Shown here in pieces: positions 1-13,767 of a stretch of DNA of 64,000 nucleotides (within the stretch, counting starts at the first letter, position 1; each line of letters opens with the position of its first letter). Under the pieces are notes generated by a model. That model saw only the letters and a program-made list of their open reading frames with translations, searched no databases and had not been told where the DNA came from. Origin of the DNA: Octopus bimaculoides (lineage: Eukaryota); contig NC_068990.1 of the NCBI RefSeq assembly GCF_001194135.2, positions 5,647,838 through 5,711,837 of the forward strand, given 5' to 3'. The position numbers and the translations under genes are program-made.

Positions 1-31
<31 letters not shown>

Positions 32-1168
32 TGTTCTGTATTTGTGTACGTGCGTATGTATAACGATATATTACACTAGACGCACGCGCATACATGTGCG
101 TGTGTGTGTATGTATGTGTGTGTGTGTGTGTGTGTGTATTTCTCTATTTATTAGTCACCAAGGTGGCAATGGCCATCGTATTCACATAGCTTCCTAAACT
201 ACAGAATGTGCGTTTGCGTGCTTGTTAGTAAACATCCATCGACATTCATAACTAAATATTCAGGTACTTGCACGCACCCGCTTGCACAGAAGTAAACCTA
301 GATGCACTTGCATGAATGTAACAACCATTAAATTCTATGTTGAATGTGATAAAATGAAAATGAAAGAAAATAAGCAAAAGTAAAAACATAGTGAATAATA
401 ACAATATACGGGAAACGTTTGAAACGAATGGTTGAGGAGTATGGAGAGTGGTTATGCATGAAAAATATAAGATTTAATATGATATATTTGATGTGCGAGG
501 TATAGAATATATTTAGATTGATAACAGTCAAGTATAAAGTATTCACAACACCACCGTCACCCTTCCTAGAATCTGAATGCTAATAGTCCAGGCGCGAACC
601 CGAAAGATAAAGAATAAATGCTGGAAGCTTCGGACATCGAGCTACGAAACACCGGCATTACTAACGTAAAATTTCAGGATCTGGAAGCTAAGGCTGGTGT
701 GTTCAGTGATTTCTCCCTGTCGAATAAAAGGTAAGGTTATAAATCTCAACGAGTACAATCCGTGGATTTCACTGAGATTAGGGGCCAGGTACAATAGGAT
801 ATATGAATAACATGTTTCATTATCATGTACTGATTCACAGTTCATGTAAAGTACCCATATAGTGGTTTTTAGTCGTCGTTCACTGGCATTTCTTGAACAT
901 ATATAGTTTGGATATATCTCTACATTCCCCAGATGTAAGAGGTTCTCTCATGTTTGGGCATTCCCATTGTAAACGGGAAACGTGAAGTCGAGATTTAGAA
1001 TGAATTATAAGAAGATGAATTAAATGAAATGAGACGCAGTGCCGAGAAAATTGGGTGGTGATATACACTGAATATATTTGAATGTAGCTGTCAAGTATCT
1101 CGGTTGCAGACTCGAGGTTTCAAGTAATTACATGATTTATAATAGAAATGCATCCGGAACACACTTAC

Positions 1169-1184
1169 TTGAAATCTTAATTTC
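1169..1184 (-). CDS. Candidate 16-nt microexon
   Basis: Acceptor ttcttttctgtacacaag| and donor |gtaagt; G AAA TTA AGA TTT CAA gives (W)KLRFQ in frame with 1316-1497; 131-nt intron. Confidence 0.3.
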
Positions 1185-1315
1185 CTTGTGTACAGAAAAG
1201 AATATAAATACTTTCTGAACTATTTGTTAAGGCAGCTAGAATGGTCAATATGTGAAGCTTTTAAGTTGCACACAAATTTGCACATAAACTTCAGCTGTTC
1301 TATTGGATGGCTTAC

Positions 1316-1497
1316 CATTGCGGATATGCTCTACATGCCATGATAGTAGGGTCAATAACACCAACATTAAACTGTTGTATGCAACTCGACACTGAAGTGG
1401 AGTTGTGCTGATTTTTAATTTTCAACGTGTTGGTATGCTGCTTGTCTCGCTCGTTGAATGAATTTTCTGTAAACTGGTATCTGACACTACATGATCC
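1316..1497 (-). CDS. Candidate coding exon near the 3' end of the minus-strand gene
   Basis: Acceptor atttttctttgag| and donor |gtaagc; 182 nt, phase 0 to 2, open: GSCSVRYQFTENSFNERDKQHTNTLKIKNQHNSTSVSSCIQQFNVGVIDPTIMACRAYPQ(W). Confidence 0.45.
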
Positions 1498-2156
1498 CTC
1501 AAAGAAAAATATGGTTATCACAACAAGATGGATTTACCTATCAGGTTAACTGATCAGAGTAGAGCTGGAACTAATCAGTAGCAACAATAACCAGACGCAT
1601 AATCGTATATACCGAACAAAACTCACAGTGAGATATTAAATTATACAATGTAAAACAGAACATAAGAAATGAAATACCCATTGAAAACTTATGGCTTTTT
1701 AAATACAAAATTATTCCCCAAAATATCGTAGAAAATGCATATCATCATAAATGCATAATTTCGTTTTCATACGAACTGGCAATATTCCTAATCAAATTCT
1801 GATTTCTGACATAAATCGTCACTATTTATGATCGCCTAAGTTACAGAAATTTTAAGATTAAACAATATTTCCCTCGTTACATCTTAATATAATTGGCCGT
1901 AAAGTCACCATAATACTCTATTAAACGTATGAAATGTAAATATTGATCATTTCTCTTAATTATGTGTCTGATATAACAGCATTGACCATGTTGATATTGC
2001 GCCATGTATCTCGCAAACGTAGTTGTGGAAATTACATTCAATGCTATAAATGTGGTAGAATTTTAAAATCCATATAACTTTAAAATTCCAACACACGCAC
2101 ATACAGATCAATAAAATATATCTGGGTGTGTAGTACATATAAGGCTATGTGAGTGA

Positions 2157-2157
<1 letters not shown>

Positions 2158-2210
<53 letters not shown>

Positions 2211-2226
2211 AGATAGATAGATAGAC

Positions 2227-2281
<55 letters not shown>
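2158..2281. repeat. Compound (AT)n(GT)n(GATA)n microsatellite
   Basis: Direct reading of the sequence. Confidence 0.95.
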
Positions 2282-2282
<1 letters not shown>

Positions 2283-2769
2283 GTATATCATATGTATATA
2301 AGTGTGTGGGTGTGTGTGTTGTTTTGACTGGGAGGAATTCAAGTTTTACCATCAGTAAACGTTCACGTTCTTTTTTAAATTATTATGAAATGACACCATT
2401 AAAAACATACAGACACGCAGCGTATGTGTGTGCGTGCGTGTGTGTGTGTGTGCGTGCGTGAGTGAGTGTGTGTGTGCGCGCGCGCGTGTTTGCATGTATG
2501 TGTTTGTGCGTATAAATGCTCTATTCAGTTTGCTCATTAAAGCCTTATGTTACAAGAGTCTGATATATGCTAATTTATATGAAGTAAACAGGATTACTTT
2601 TCAACTCGGACTATAAAGCTTTTCGATAGTCTCTTCGATCGGCATTACACGTCACCATGAAAGTATTCACAATATTTGTTTATATATAAACAGACATCAT
2701 AGAATTTGAGATTAGTACATTGAAGACAAATGATGTTTGGCATTATGTTGATTTAAAATGTTTTAGCTG

Positions 2770-2960
2770 AAGGCCACAAATTTCGGGGTAGGGGCTAAGT
2801 CAATTACTTCGACCCTAGCACTTAACTGGTACTTATTTTATCGACCTAGAAAGGATAAAAACAAAGTTGACCTCGGCGGAATTTGAACTCAGAACGTAAA
2901 GAAGCTCAAAATGCTGCTAAACATTGTGCGCGGCGTACTAACAATTCCGTTAGTTCGCCA
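2770..2960 (-). mobile_element. tRNA-derived SINE, family A (octopus OK-like)
   Basis: Reverse complement of GGCGAACT..GAGTTCAAATTCCGCCGAGGTCAACTTT..GTCGATAAAATAAGTACCAG; B-box-like GAGTTCAAATTCC. Confidence 0.85.
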
Positions 2961-2996
2961 CTCTGATATTTGGCATTGTATTGATTATATTGATTT

Positions 2997-3179
2997 TTTT
3001 GGCACAAAGCTAGTATCTTCGGAGGAGGAGCTAAATGTTTAACTAGTGCTTATTTTATCGACTCAGAAAGGATGAAAGGCAAAATCGATCTCGCCGGAAC
3101 TTGAACTCAGATCGTAAAAATGGACAAAACGCTGCTAAGCATTTCACCCGGAATGCTGACGATTCTGTCAGCTCGTCGC
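2997..3179 (-). mobile_element. SINE family A, tandem copy
   Basis: Same body (ttttatcgac..aaaggatgaaaggcaaa..gaactcaga..gctgctaagcattt). Confidence 0.8.
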
Positions 3180-4474
3180 TTTGATGGGTTTTCTTTTTGT
3201 TTTGCATCCTGCTAGTATTTTGATATGGGATATAGCAATGTGCAAGAGAATTCTTGGAATTGAAACTTATTCCTCTACGTTTGCAACTTCAATATCAACT
3301 TGACTTAGCAATAGAATTTGCAAAACTTCAGTACATTTTCAGTTTACGTCTCAAATGGATTGGATAGACTCAGCGGGGTTGAAAGTATTATTCTACAAAT
3401 TAAAAATTAAAGTTTAATTTCATAATTATCTTTCCCGTTTTGTTGGCAAATTAAGTTTATCTGGAAATAAGGAGGAAATATTTAATAAGCATCATGATGG
3501 TTATATGCTTTTCTAAAACCATTCATCTTTGAAGTCCTGGCAAATAGTAACAAAGCAATCATATTGCAAAATTACTTGTTTTCTTTTTCACTAAATTAAT
3601 GAACTTTATTGGAAATGTGTGCTACAGCCATACTATGCAATGCGGTCTTTTATATCTTTTAGTTGGTAAATTCTAGTTGAAAATCTAACTAAATACTAAT
3701 TTTGATATTTAAAAAAGAATTTTTGCTCTCCGAAATTATAGATTGTCTGTTTTGTTTCCTGGATTTCTCTAATGTGAACAGTATTGAAAGAGCGGACTAA
3801 TTTATTGTTGGCTGAAGCAAGTTTTCAAATTCGATTAGAATTTAGTTTAGTATTGTATTCAGTAATACTACATGTGCCGTTAGCTAAGCAAACAATTAAT
3901 CTTCTCTGTCTATTGAAGAACGAAAGCCTAAACACTAGGCTTCTTCCTGCAGCAATAGAATTTATTTCATATACACGCAGTAGTTGTGGTTAGTTTTTCT
4001 AATATTTTTCATTGCAAACTGAGAAAAAGCATTATTAATATGCACACCCAAAGCCTTCTCTGTAAAATTTTGCAAGCACATTAGAGAGTACGACCCGCTA
4101 GATATAGCAGTCAAATAGCAATCAAATTACACACAACGGTTAAAAACGGAAGAGTGTATTCTGTTTAATTTAGTCCTAGCTACTATACGAGAAAAACTAG
4201 TTATTTTAGGCGATTTCGTGTTATAGAGCCAACGACTTGACAAAGTTGTTAGAAATATGGAATGCTACTTCGTTGCATTTGCTTTGATTCTCTTCACTCT
4301 GAGTTCAAACCCTCCCCTGAAAGTTTAACTTTCATCTTTTCATGTCGACAAAATACTTGCAATCTAGAACTTTTTAGTGCATTGGACGGATACATGTCTG
4401 TATCGACACCAGTATTGTTACAGGTGCTTCGATAGCAACACATGGCATATATATTTTGCAAATATCTTTTACAT

Positions 4475-4685
4475 GGCGAGCTGGCAAAATCTTTAACACA
4501 TTGAAGAAAATGTTGATTGGCTTTTCGTCCGTCTTTACGTTCTGAGTTCAAATTCCGCCGATGCCGACTTTGTCTTTCATCCTTTCGGGGTCGATAAAAT
4601 AAGTATCAGTTGAACACTGTGGTCGAATTATTCGACTTACACCCTGCCCCGATTTTGCTAGCCTGGTGCCAAAATTTGAAATTAA
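4475..4685 (+). mobile_element. SINE family A, full length
   Basis: ggcgagctggcaaaatc..ctgagttcaaattccgccg..catcctttcggggtcgataaaataag..ccaaaatttgaaa. Confidence 0.9.
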
Positions 4686-6339
4686 TATTTTACAAATATA
4701 TGAGACTGTTGTTATTTACAACTAATTCTTTGTACGTCTTCATAGTACACCACGTTTCAATTATTTCGTCTCCAATAACCACCGAGTCTCTTATTACTGG
4801 GTATGTACATAACACATGCCTCACGTAGCCTGCTGAAGAAAATAAATGAAGGTTAATATTCAAATCTAACCTGTACATATTATATATGTAATATGTACAT
4901 ATCCAAGCATTTTGATGACGATAGGAAATTAAACTGACCGAAACGTTGCGTCGGCTTAAACACTGGAAAATGTGTCATTCCTTAAGATAAGGTAAATAGT
5001 TCAATAAACGTTTTAGTTTCTTAGTATTGTACTTCATTTAACTTTTGATATAGAGTTCTGAAAATGGAAATTTTTCAAAAAACACATTAAAGAATATTTG
5101 TGTGTGGTTTCGAAATTTAAAATTCCAACACATGTGTGGATAAGGAGGTTGTTATTTTAAATGGTAGAAGACAGAAGGCAGAGCTATATTAATGGTGTGT
5201 TATTTTTTTAAAAGTGTTTGAAACAGAAATTTGCCTATCAAATCGTTGCAATGCTTCTAGGTGGGATATGTAGAACTGAAAAGCTTTGGAATGCAAAGAT
5301 GCAAGATAACTGAATCTGCATATTTATTGAGTATAGAATGTACCCCCGTCTCTTTTCTGCAACGTTAACTTTACATGGAATGTAGCTAGCTCACTAGTTT
5401 CTCAAGATTGAAAAGTTTTAATAGCTTCATGCGTTTATAGGAGTCAAATATTAGAAAGCGATTTCACAGTAAACTGATTTCACCACCCATTTGCAGCAAT
5501 TTAATTCTATCGCATTGCTAATAAATGTAAGATAAATGTTTTGTTCTAGCTTCCTAGCATGATGCCGATGAGGGATAAACATATTCCGTTCTTCCCGTAT
5601 TAGTTTCCAGTATGTCACGGAAACATCCCCATTCCAGACAATTCGTAATGTAAACTGAAGTATCTAAACCAGAAAGGATGAAACTATAAAAAAATTTACG
5701 AGGTTCATGAAAGATATCAGCTTAAAACAGAAGAATTCAACAGGAAACAAAAGTGGATGATCGTTGAAGAGAAACTATAACAAATGATGTGTGCGGTCTA
5801 GAAAATACGTTGCGATAAACTACTTGAAACTGCTTTAAAGATAACATTATTAGAAATCAATAGTGAATATGCACGGAAAAAACATTAGGAACACAGATTT
5901 CATGTTCCTCATTGAAAAAAATGCCTTTTAAATGAATGTGCTGCTAAAGAGGCAATGTGCTAAATATTTAAACCATATAAATTTTGTTGTGTGGAAGTTC
6001 TGAACTATAGTATAAAACAAAATAAAAAAGTGACAACGTTTGAAGGTAGGTTATATGTCTTTTGTGACTTGTATACTGATTTAGTTCATCTCACCACTTG
6101 CCTCTTCATCCCTGAATAACTGATGCCTCACAACACGTCTCACAGTAACCACCTCTTCGAAATAACGAAATAGAAGTAACAACTATGATACAATGGCTCA
6201 CACCAGCCACCAGCTACCTCTCGAAAGTAATGAAATACACTCAACACATACCACCACACTATCATTCAAATCAAAGAGAGCTCTCTAAAGATGTGAAATC
6301 GAAACAGTAAGTAAATGAAAGATAAAGCCGATGACAAAT

Positions 6340-6650
6340 TAAAGTATCGCCTGGTCTGACTTGGTTTGGCTACAGTGTCGTTACTTATCCCCACCCACCA
6401 CCAAACGTGCAAAGTGGCGTTCGTGGATTTCAGCTGGCCTCAGCGTTCACCAAGGGAGTTTCTACATATTCGCACAAACTGTTAGAAACATTTCCCATAT
6501 CTCCCTCAAATCACTTCCTATTGTTTTAAATGAAAGGTATGTTAGATAATGTTGTCTTTTGTGTACAAAAAGATGAGGTACTTTTTATTAGAATTCCTTT
6601 CATCTTTCGGTCAAGATTTATCTGGAGTAAAACAACCACAACAACATACC
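6340..6650 (+). repeat. Old interspersed repeat ending in (CAA)n; further diverged copies near 9370-9580 (+), 10225-10385 (-), 11160-11352 (-), 12260-12360 (-), 14760-14900 (-) and 61470-61620 (-)
   Basis: Shared motifs of the type tagaaatagcagccaaatctccctcaaatcac, cattggataatg and aaacaacaacaac, recognised by eye. Confidence 0.5.
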
Positions 6651-9590
6651 AAGAAACTTTATTTCAAGACAACGAAGGCCCAAGTGCGGTCAAAGGTCCT
6701 TCCAGAAATAACAGAATTTCCCTCGCATTACATCCACTGATTTAAATTAAGAAAGGAACTACTAAACATTTTAGTTCTGTAGTTACAAGAAAAGAAAATT
6801 CATATAAACACACATACACACACACGCACACATACACACACACGCACACACACACATGTATGTNNNNNNNNNNATATATACACTGCATGTATGCATATAT
6901 CATACATACATTTTTGTTTGCTAAGACTCGGGGAAGAGACAGAGCTTAGTAAAGAATATCTGGTGAATACAAATATATTTTATTACACGCGCACAACGAC
7001 TTTATCAGTTATTACAGCTGCATATTTCATATTTTCATGAACGAAAATATATATAATCACTTTTCCGAAGGTTTATAGCAAAAGCTCTTTCTCGATTTTT
7101 GCGTTGAAAATTAATTTAATAACTTTAGCTTCTGAAGATTATGATTTATTTAAAACATGTTTCCCTGTTACTTTACTAATGTAATTTTCGTGCAGATAGC
7201 AAGCAATTTTGTATAAAAAAATATTTTTCTTAATATTTTACGTAAGATTCCCAATTCTTTATTAATACTACCTCAAGAACTTTAAGTATCATCTTGCATT
7301 AAAATGCTTTCTACTGTCATTGAGATAGACGCTAAATTCTACATTTACTAAATTTATCTAGCTGTGCAAAATAGGTGCCAATAAAGTAGTTACCATGATA
7401 ATCTGGAAACTTTAGTTGTGATATTCTGGCTTTCTGTCCTAGAGATAATATCTATCGTATTAGCTTAATAATGCAGAATTGAAAAGGGATAAGTTGCTTT
7501 TCTAAAAAATAGTATTAACGTATGTTTCTGACTCACTATACATAGTAGCTTCAAACTCGGAACGCGCTGGTAAGAACTAAAATCATCAGTTAGACTGTTA
7601 GACAATCTGCATTATTATTAATTTCCGATGAATTAGAAGAGACGAGAGTTCATGGTCTTTTTCAAACCCTGTCAGAGAAAATTATACTCTCACAACGGAA
7701 ATTCTGTCTTAGTGTCTGCAATAGAGTGGACCCTGCTAAAAACACATAAAAGCGATGTGCTGATGTTAAATTGGGTGTCCGATTGTGCCACCGACTCAAT
7801 CACCTACATGAGTAGATGTGAACAACTCAAGCATTATCAAACAGTATATATTTGTTTTGCAGTAAATAGTTGTTTTTCTAAAACGTCTCATTGTGCAACC
7901 ACTTGCCGTAAGATAGGAAAGTTGGCTTGATGTTCTCATGTCTATTTTTAGGACCGACTAGCAATATAGTTACGAATGAAAATTCTATTTTGTTTTTCTT
8001 TTGTATATACTCTGAAAATAATTTATGGATATTGTTCAAAACATTTCCTATTAATTATGTTTCTATTCGATTTCTTTCATTCATCAGTCTTTGATTAGTC
8101 ACTTGAAAGATAGCCACTCATATAAGGAAATGGTTTTCTGTTTTACACTTTTACCGAAACTTCATATTCACGTATGAAAACAAAAGAAGAATTGGAGTTT
8201 AAAAGAGGATTAAAGTATAGAGAATATGGTTGATCAGATATTTTATAGACATAACAAGAAATATGATCAGACCACTGAAGAAAATTGAAAGAAAATACTA
8301 CAGTACTTGAGGCCATAACAATGATATATTAGAAATCTTTATGAATTTTTTCTTTTTTACATTTTCATATAACATTACTGTCTTCAATTGAATAAAAACT
8401 ACTTTAGTAAAATTTGGGAGAAAATTGAATTTTTCAAAGAACTCTTAATATTCAGTAGCTAAGGATATGAAATTCATTTTCAATACAAAAATCAGGGAAC
8501 AGCTTTCGCTATAACCTTCTGCAAGTTGATTATTTATTTTCGCTTTCAGAAATCTGCAGCTGTTATGAATAAAAGAGGTGTTTGTGTAACACAATGTTTT
8601 TGTATTCAACAGATATTTTGAAGCGTTATTAAAACGCTAAAGAATCACGAATCAAACAAAATCAAAGTATGGATATTCTTTACGAAGATATTTCTAAACA
8701 TATCTTCGATATAATATTATGGTGTGACTTTCTTTGAATGTTTTTTTTTTTTTTTCGTTTTCAGGCTGTGTATATTATTCCAATATTTTGTATGTAAAGC
8801 AAATAAAATATAATTTTACTCTTTTCGAATATCACTGTGGATTTTATGCCATAGACACAATTTTTTACATTTCTGGATCATACAGTATTGTCCCTTTCGT
8901 AAAGGTGGTTTGATGGGACACCATGCTAACTGCCATTTCATAAACTAGAGATTGTTTTCGTGCAATACTAAAATATTGTGAGCTAATGAAATTTTTGCGT
9001 ATTTTGCGATCATGATATTTCGTATAGGAACCAAATATAATACATTATTTTACTCTTTTCAAATATCAACATGGTTTGCTATCACAAAGACACAACTTGT
9101 TGCGTATCTAAGGTCTACAGCATCGCATATTTTGATATTTTGGTTTTATAGTCCACTGCACCAACCGCTTTCTCCTAAACCAGAATATTTTCATTTAGGA
9201 ATAGTTCAATTAAAGCATAGGTAGCTAATAGCCATTGAGAGTTAAATGTAACGGACAGAACACATTGTAACACAGACTGTTTGTAAATTAAGAAATTCTT
9301 ATTTATTTGATCTTCTACTTCTCTTATTGAGAGTGTTGATGTACGATGTTCTCAGAAATGAATTCGTAAAATAGAAGCCCACGAGAAATACATTATGTGA
9401 CTGTCTCGACCTGCAAGAAATACAACTAAATCTTATTCAAATTAAACTTTCTCTATTTAAAAAAGAAACGTCACATTGGGTAAAGTAATGCAGTGCCCGG
9501 AAATAAATGGAATGGTCACTATTGGAATGGCACTATTCATAGATCACATCGGCCATCACTGATCCAGGGTTAAACAATTGTATGACTAAC

Positions 9591-9709
9591 AAGGAATTTC
9601 ATTCAATCTATAATATTCACAAAGAATGATCGCCCTACGCTTTTCTGCTACGATTTTGAACTTATCAACAGATTTTGGTTTGATCAGTTTAACAAAATAG
9701 AATTTCCTC
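9591..9709 (-). CDS. Candidate exon (may extend to 9793)
   Basis: Donor |gttagt, acceptor aaattattctatcag|; phase 2 to 1: RKFYFVKLIKPKSVDKFKIVAEKRRAIILCEYYRLNEIP. The frame stays open back to 9825. Confidence 0.3.
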
Positions 9710-10894
9710 CTGATAGAATAATTTACACGAATACAAAAAGATTGCATTTCTTCTATCAATTCCAATACAATGGAAGCCAGCACTTTCCAAAAGCTGACTA
9801 ACTGACAATGATTACACTTTCCCAAGAAAAATTACTGACATAACTCAAGTTCAATAATTTACAAACTGGAACACAACTGGAACAATTCTGTGGATTCAGC
9901 TTTTTAGGGAATGTATTATTTATACTTGAATAAGTCAACTCTTTGCTTATACATCGATAAAAAGAAACTCATCGTGTCGTCTAAGACATATTAAAGTTTA
10001 TATACTTTGTATAATTTCTTTTTTTCTCATTATATATTATATCACATTGATTCGACATGACAGTTGCATTAAGAGGTACGTGTTTGAGGAATGCTCAATA
10101 AAGAACACGTTAATTTCCCGAGTGGTAATATTCAGTTCATTGAACATCGTCCAAACCGACGAAGAAACCACCTTCTTTTTTTCATTTTCGCCTATTAAAT
10201 TATTTCACCGAATAAAGGAGTGAGTTATTGTTGTTGTAGTCCTATGGTGAAAGGCATTCCAGCTGTGACCATCCCGCTCTTTTTTAAAATATGTAAAAAA
10301 AAACACAAAATATTTTTGGCTTTTCTTTTTCTTAGTATACGGAATGGCGATATAGAGGCCTTTGGCTGAAATTTCTAACTTACACAATGATGACATGGAT
10401 GCCTCGCTTTGCAACGAAGACAATGAGTTTTCAGAAATTGTAGAGCTATTCTAGATGCTTTACAATATTTATATAAATATACACAGATTATGTGTCCCTT
10501 TTCCCTCTATTTTGAGCTCATACCCCACTGGCTTATCTTGCCTTTCATCTTTTGCAATTTTGATAAAGAAGGCAAACAAGTTGTGTAAGCAACCAATTAT
10601 ATTGTACTTATCATATATAAATTATTGTTTGAATGAACAACGATTCGGTTTTAACTCCTATTTTTAATAACTCAGTCAGAGGAAGAAGGAATGAACTTTG
10701 ACATTTTTCAAGCTTCCCAAGACAAGTAATCGAAGTAGAGGAGGCTGACATCAGACGGAAGAGCTCGCCAAATAGAATAGAGTAAAATCAGCTAAAAGGA
10801 ACTAAATTCACTAGTTGGTGGTGTTAAACAGGCGGACATATTTTGACTTCACTCAAAGGACAGAACTGTTGAATTTTCATTCGGTTTCCAGCAC

Positions 10895-11015
10895 CCAAAT
10901 TTCATTCCCAAGGCTTAAGTTAACCTGAGGCTTCGGTAGACGACACTTTCTAAGGTACTGCACAGTCGGTGTGAAGTGAGAATCGTGTGACTGAGAGGCA
11001 AACTTCTGAACCCTA
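10895..11015 (-). mobile_element. Diverged SINE family B head
   Basis: caaggctt..gaggcttcggtagacgacactt..aaggtactgcacagt. Confidence 0.55.
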
Positions 11016-13324
11016 ACACTCCTTCCGTTTTAACTACACAGTTATTACTGCGTTCGTAATTAGTTAAAGGAAGAATATTCTACGATGGTCTATTCCATAT
11101 CACAATTTCCACATACTTCACTTTGTCACAGATTCAACAAGACATAACTGTAGATGTTACATTTTCTGTTGTTGTTGATGTTCTTTTCTAACCCCAGATC
11201 ATTTCTCAACAGAGAGATATATAATCAAAAATATTTCAAACATGATCTTCCAGCCATTTTTTTTCTTTTCAGATACAGTGTGTCTTAGACATTATTATCC
11301 AATATGCTCTTTCTATTTTAAAATTATTCGAGAGATTGGCTGCTATTTCTAATAGATGACGCGATCGCGTAGAGGCTCCACTATTAGTTGGTGCATAAGT
11401 AACAGTAATATTAATACAGTGATCAGATAAAGCATGAATCGTGTTGTATTGACGTAACTTTTATCAAACAAATGCCTCAGGATACCTATAAAATATAACG
11501 TATCTGTTACGATTAATTTCATGCAGGCCACCACAGAAAACTTCGTTTCGCTTAGTGGGTTGTCTGTTTGTCTTTAACTTTACATTATATTTGTAAAAAT
11601 GAAAAGCAATTCTCCCATAAATTAACTTCAAATTAATGTTGAAAAACGTATATTTTATTTACGATCAGTAAATAGAGGAAAGTTGTTAATCTAGATACAG
11701 AACACTTGTCCCTTTTTCTCCTTCGATGACTGAAATTTTTTATCTGATAGTCAGGAAGGAAAGAAGGCAGTGTTCATGAATCTTTACAGGTCCCCCATCT
11801 TTGAAAAAAGAGGAAAGGTATCCTCAAACAGAAGACTTTGTCTAAATGCTTACAATGGAGTGGACTCCTCTAAAAACGCCCAAGGTTCCAAGTGATGTGT
11901 ACTAAACCAGGCAACGGTTTACGTCTAAGTGGCCATTGGCGAGATTTGAATCTAAGCTTAAAAAGCTGGAACAAATACCGCAAGATATTTAGTCGGACAT
12001 TCTTTCACTTCCGCCATTCTACCACCGAAATTGATAATTTGAACTCGGAGCAGAGAAATTTACAATAAACACCGTGAGGCATGCTATGCAAGGCTCTAGT
12101 GATTCGGCTCCTTCGGTGCTTATATTTACTATAAACATCAGAATTTCCGTCTTCTCTCGTTATTTGAACTTATATGTTCTTAGTAATCGTTCGTACACTC
12201 GACTTACACATAAAACTTTTGTCGATCATGAAAGTTAAAATACATAGGACAGACATGTATCTGTTGTCATTATTGTTGTTTTTCGTTCTGCAGTCGGCCC
12301 CGACTGAGCAGATTTAGAACTCAAGCTTTTCAGTATGACTATTACATTTTTTCTTTCATAAAATATACAATTTACTTTAGTTATGTGTGATTTGAATAAA
12401 GTTGGTTCTTATTTCTAGCATTCCAAATGAGTTGTTAGACGTTCCCCAGTTGGCTCATTCGTATTGCAGCCGATACTGTTTGTGTATCACAAATCAAGAA
12501 ATTGCATTAATAACATTCGGTCTTTGCGTCTTTACTGAATTAAATAGTTTCTCCCAATCTACTACCATTGATGTCGGGTTAGTATCATTTGAACCAGGAA
12601 TTATCTCAGAAAACTTTTTCAATGCATATTCTAAGTGGTTGGTAAAAGCCTATACTTTGTTTCTGAAAATTTTATCATTGCGTCTTAAGACAGAATTTAT
12701 TGACACTAATTATAAAATCTATTTCTGAGATTATGAATTAATTTAAGTCTAACATTTAGTCGAATCTAAAATCAATTTGAGATGATGACATTGTCAGCTT
12801 CACCGTTGACAACGAACGCAAGTATCCAGACAAAAACATGGAGATACATTTACTTTAACAAATTGAATACGATACTAAAAAAAATGTTATTTTTTATTTA
12901 AATATTCTAACAACGGATTTTGCTATTTTTTTTTTAAATCAAAAGTAGAATATAACAAAAAATCAAATGTGTGTTGCATAGTTACCATTCATTCTCAGAT
13001 AATTGTTCTAATAATAATCACTTTTAAGCAATCGTCATATGTTCAATACTTTCAAAATTTAGAATTATTCAGTTGCAAACCAAAAGGTCATTGCAGATTA
13101 AGAATCTATATCTGTTCACCGGGGATAATTTTTTCAATACACTGAAATTTTTTAAAAACTTTATTTATTTATACTTCATTATTTATTTGTCTCCTCAGCT
13201 ATTCTACTTCATCAAATCGCTTCTTATACATCTTCTTCCAGTGTCTCACATATCTGCTGATACTGTTTTCTTCAATCTGTCATCATCTAGAATTAGTAAA
13301 TAATGAGAGACGGATGGATTACGA

Positions 13325-13366
<42 letters not shown>

Positions 13367-13677
13367 TGTATGTATGTATCTATGTATGTATAACTTTGGT
13401 TATTCAGAAAGTTGGCGACATAAAGAGAACGGCAAGTAATATTAATAGAATCAATCAGACTAGAAATAAAACTATTATTAGATTTGATTTATTGATAAAT
13501 AATATATTACTAAAATACATTAATGAGACTTAGGAAATATCTTGTTCTGCTATTTTTCTTGTAAGTTTAGTTACTCTTATTGTGACATAACTTCAACTGA
13601 AATATACAGCTAACATTGAAATACTCTGCTAGCACACTGATATGATTATCTATATAACCAAACGAACGAATACTAAC

Positions 13678-13767
13678 CCATTGCCATCACACTGCCATAT
13701 CAATAGCCAACCATGAAATCTCAACTCTACAGCTATTGTCAGTGCTATGAGTAAAAGTTCCTCACTC
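13678..13767 (-). CDS. Candidate exon
   Basis: Acceptor tgtttgcatagtttacag| and donor |gttagt; 90 nt, phase 2 to 2: SEELLLIALTIAVELRFHGWLLIWQCDGN(G). Phase-compatible with 14485-14532. Confidence 0.3.

Noticed and set aside
617-660. Hammerhead-like arrangement (hairpin, then GAAAC, flanked by aatg/catt)
   Set aside because: The core reads CTGGAAG rather than CTGANGA, and there is no NUH cleavage triplet.
7545-7620. VPSLKLLC as a SOCS/BC-box-like peptide before a gtgagt donor on the minus strand
   Set aside because: An eight-residue resemblance with several equally possible frames and acceptors.
12402-12728. 108-aa plus-strand ORF
   Set aside because: No motif; equally explained as the shadow of a minus-strand frame or as chance in AT-rich DNA.
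13678-13720. FHG..DGNG as a PARP catalytic or OTU protease motif
   Set aside because: The spacing is wrong for PARP, and the OTU motif needs DGNC; too short to support.
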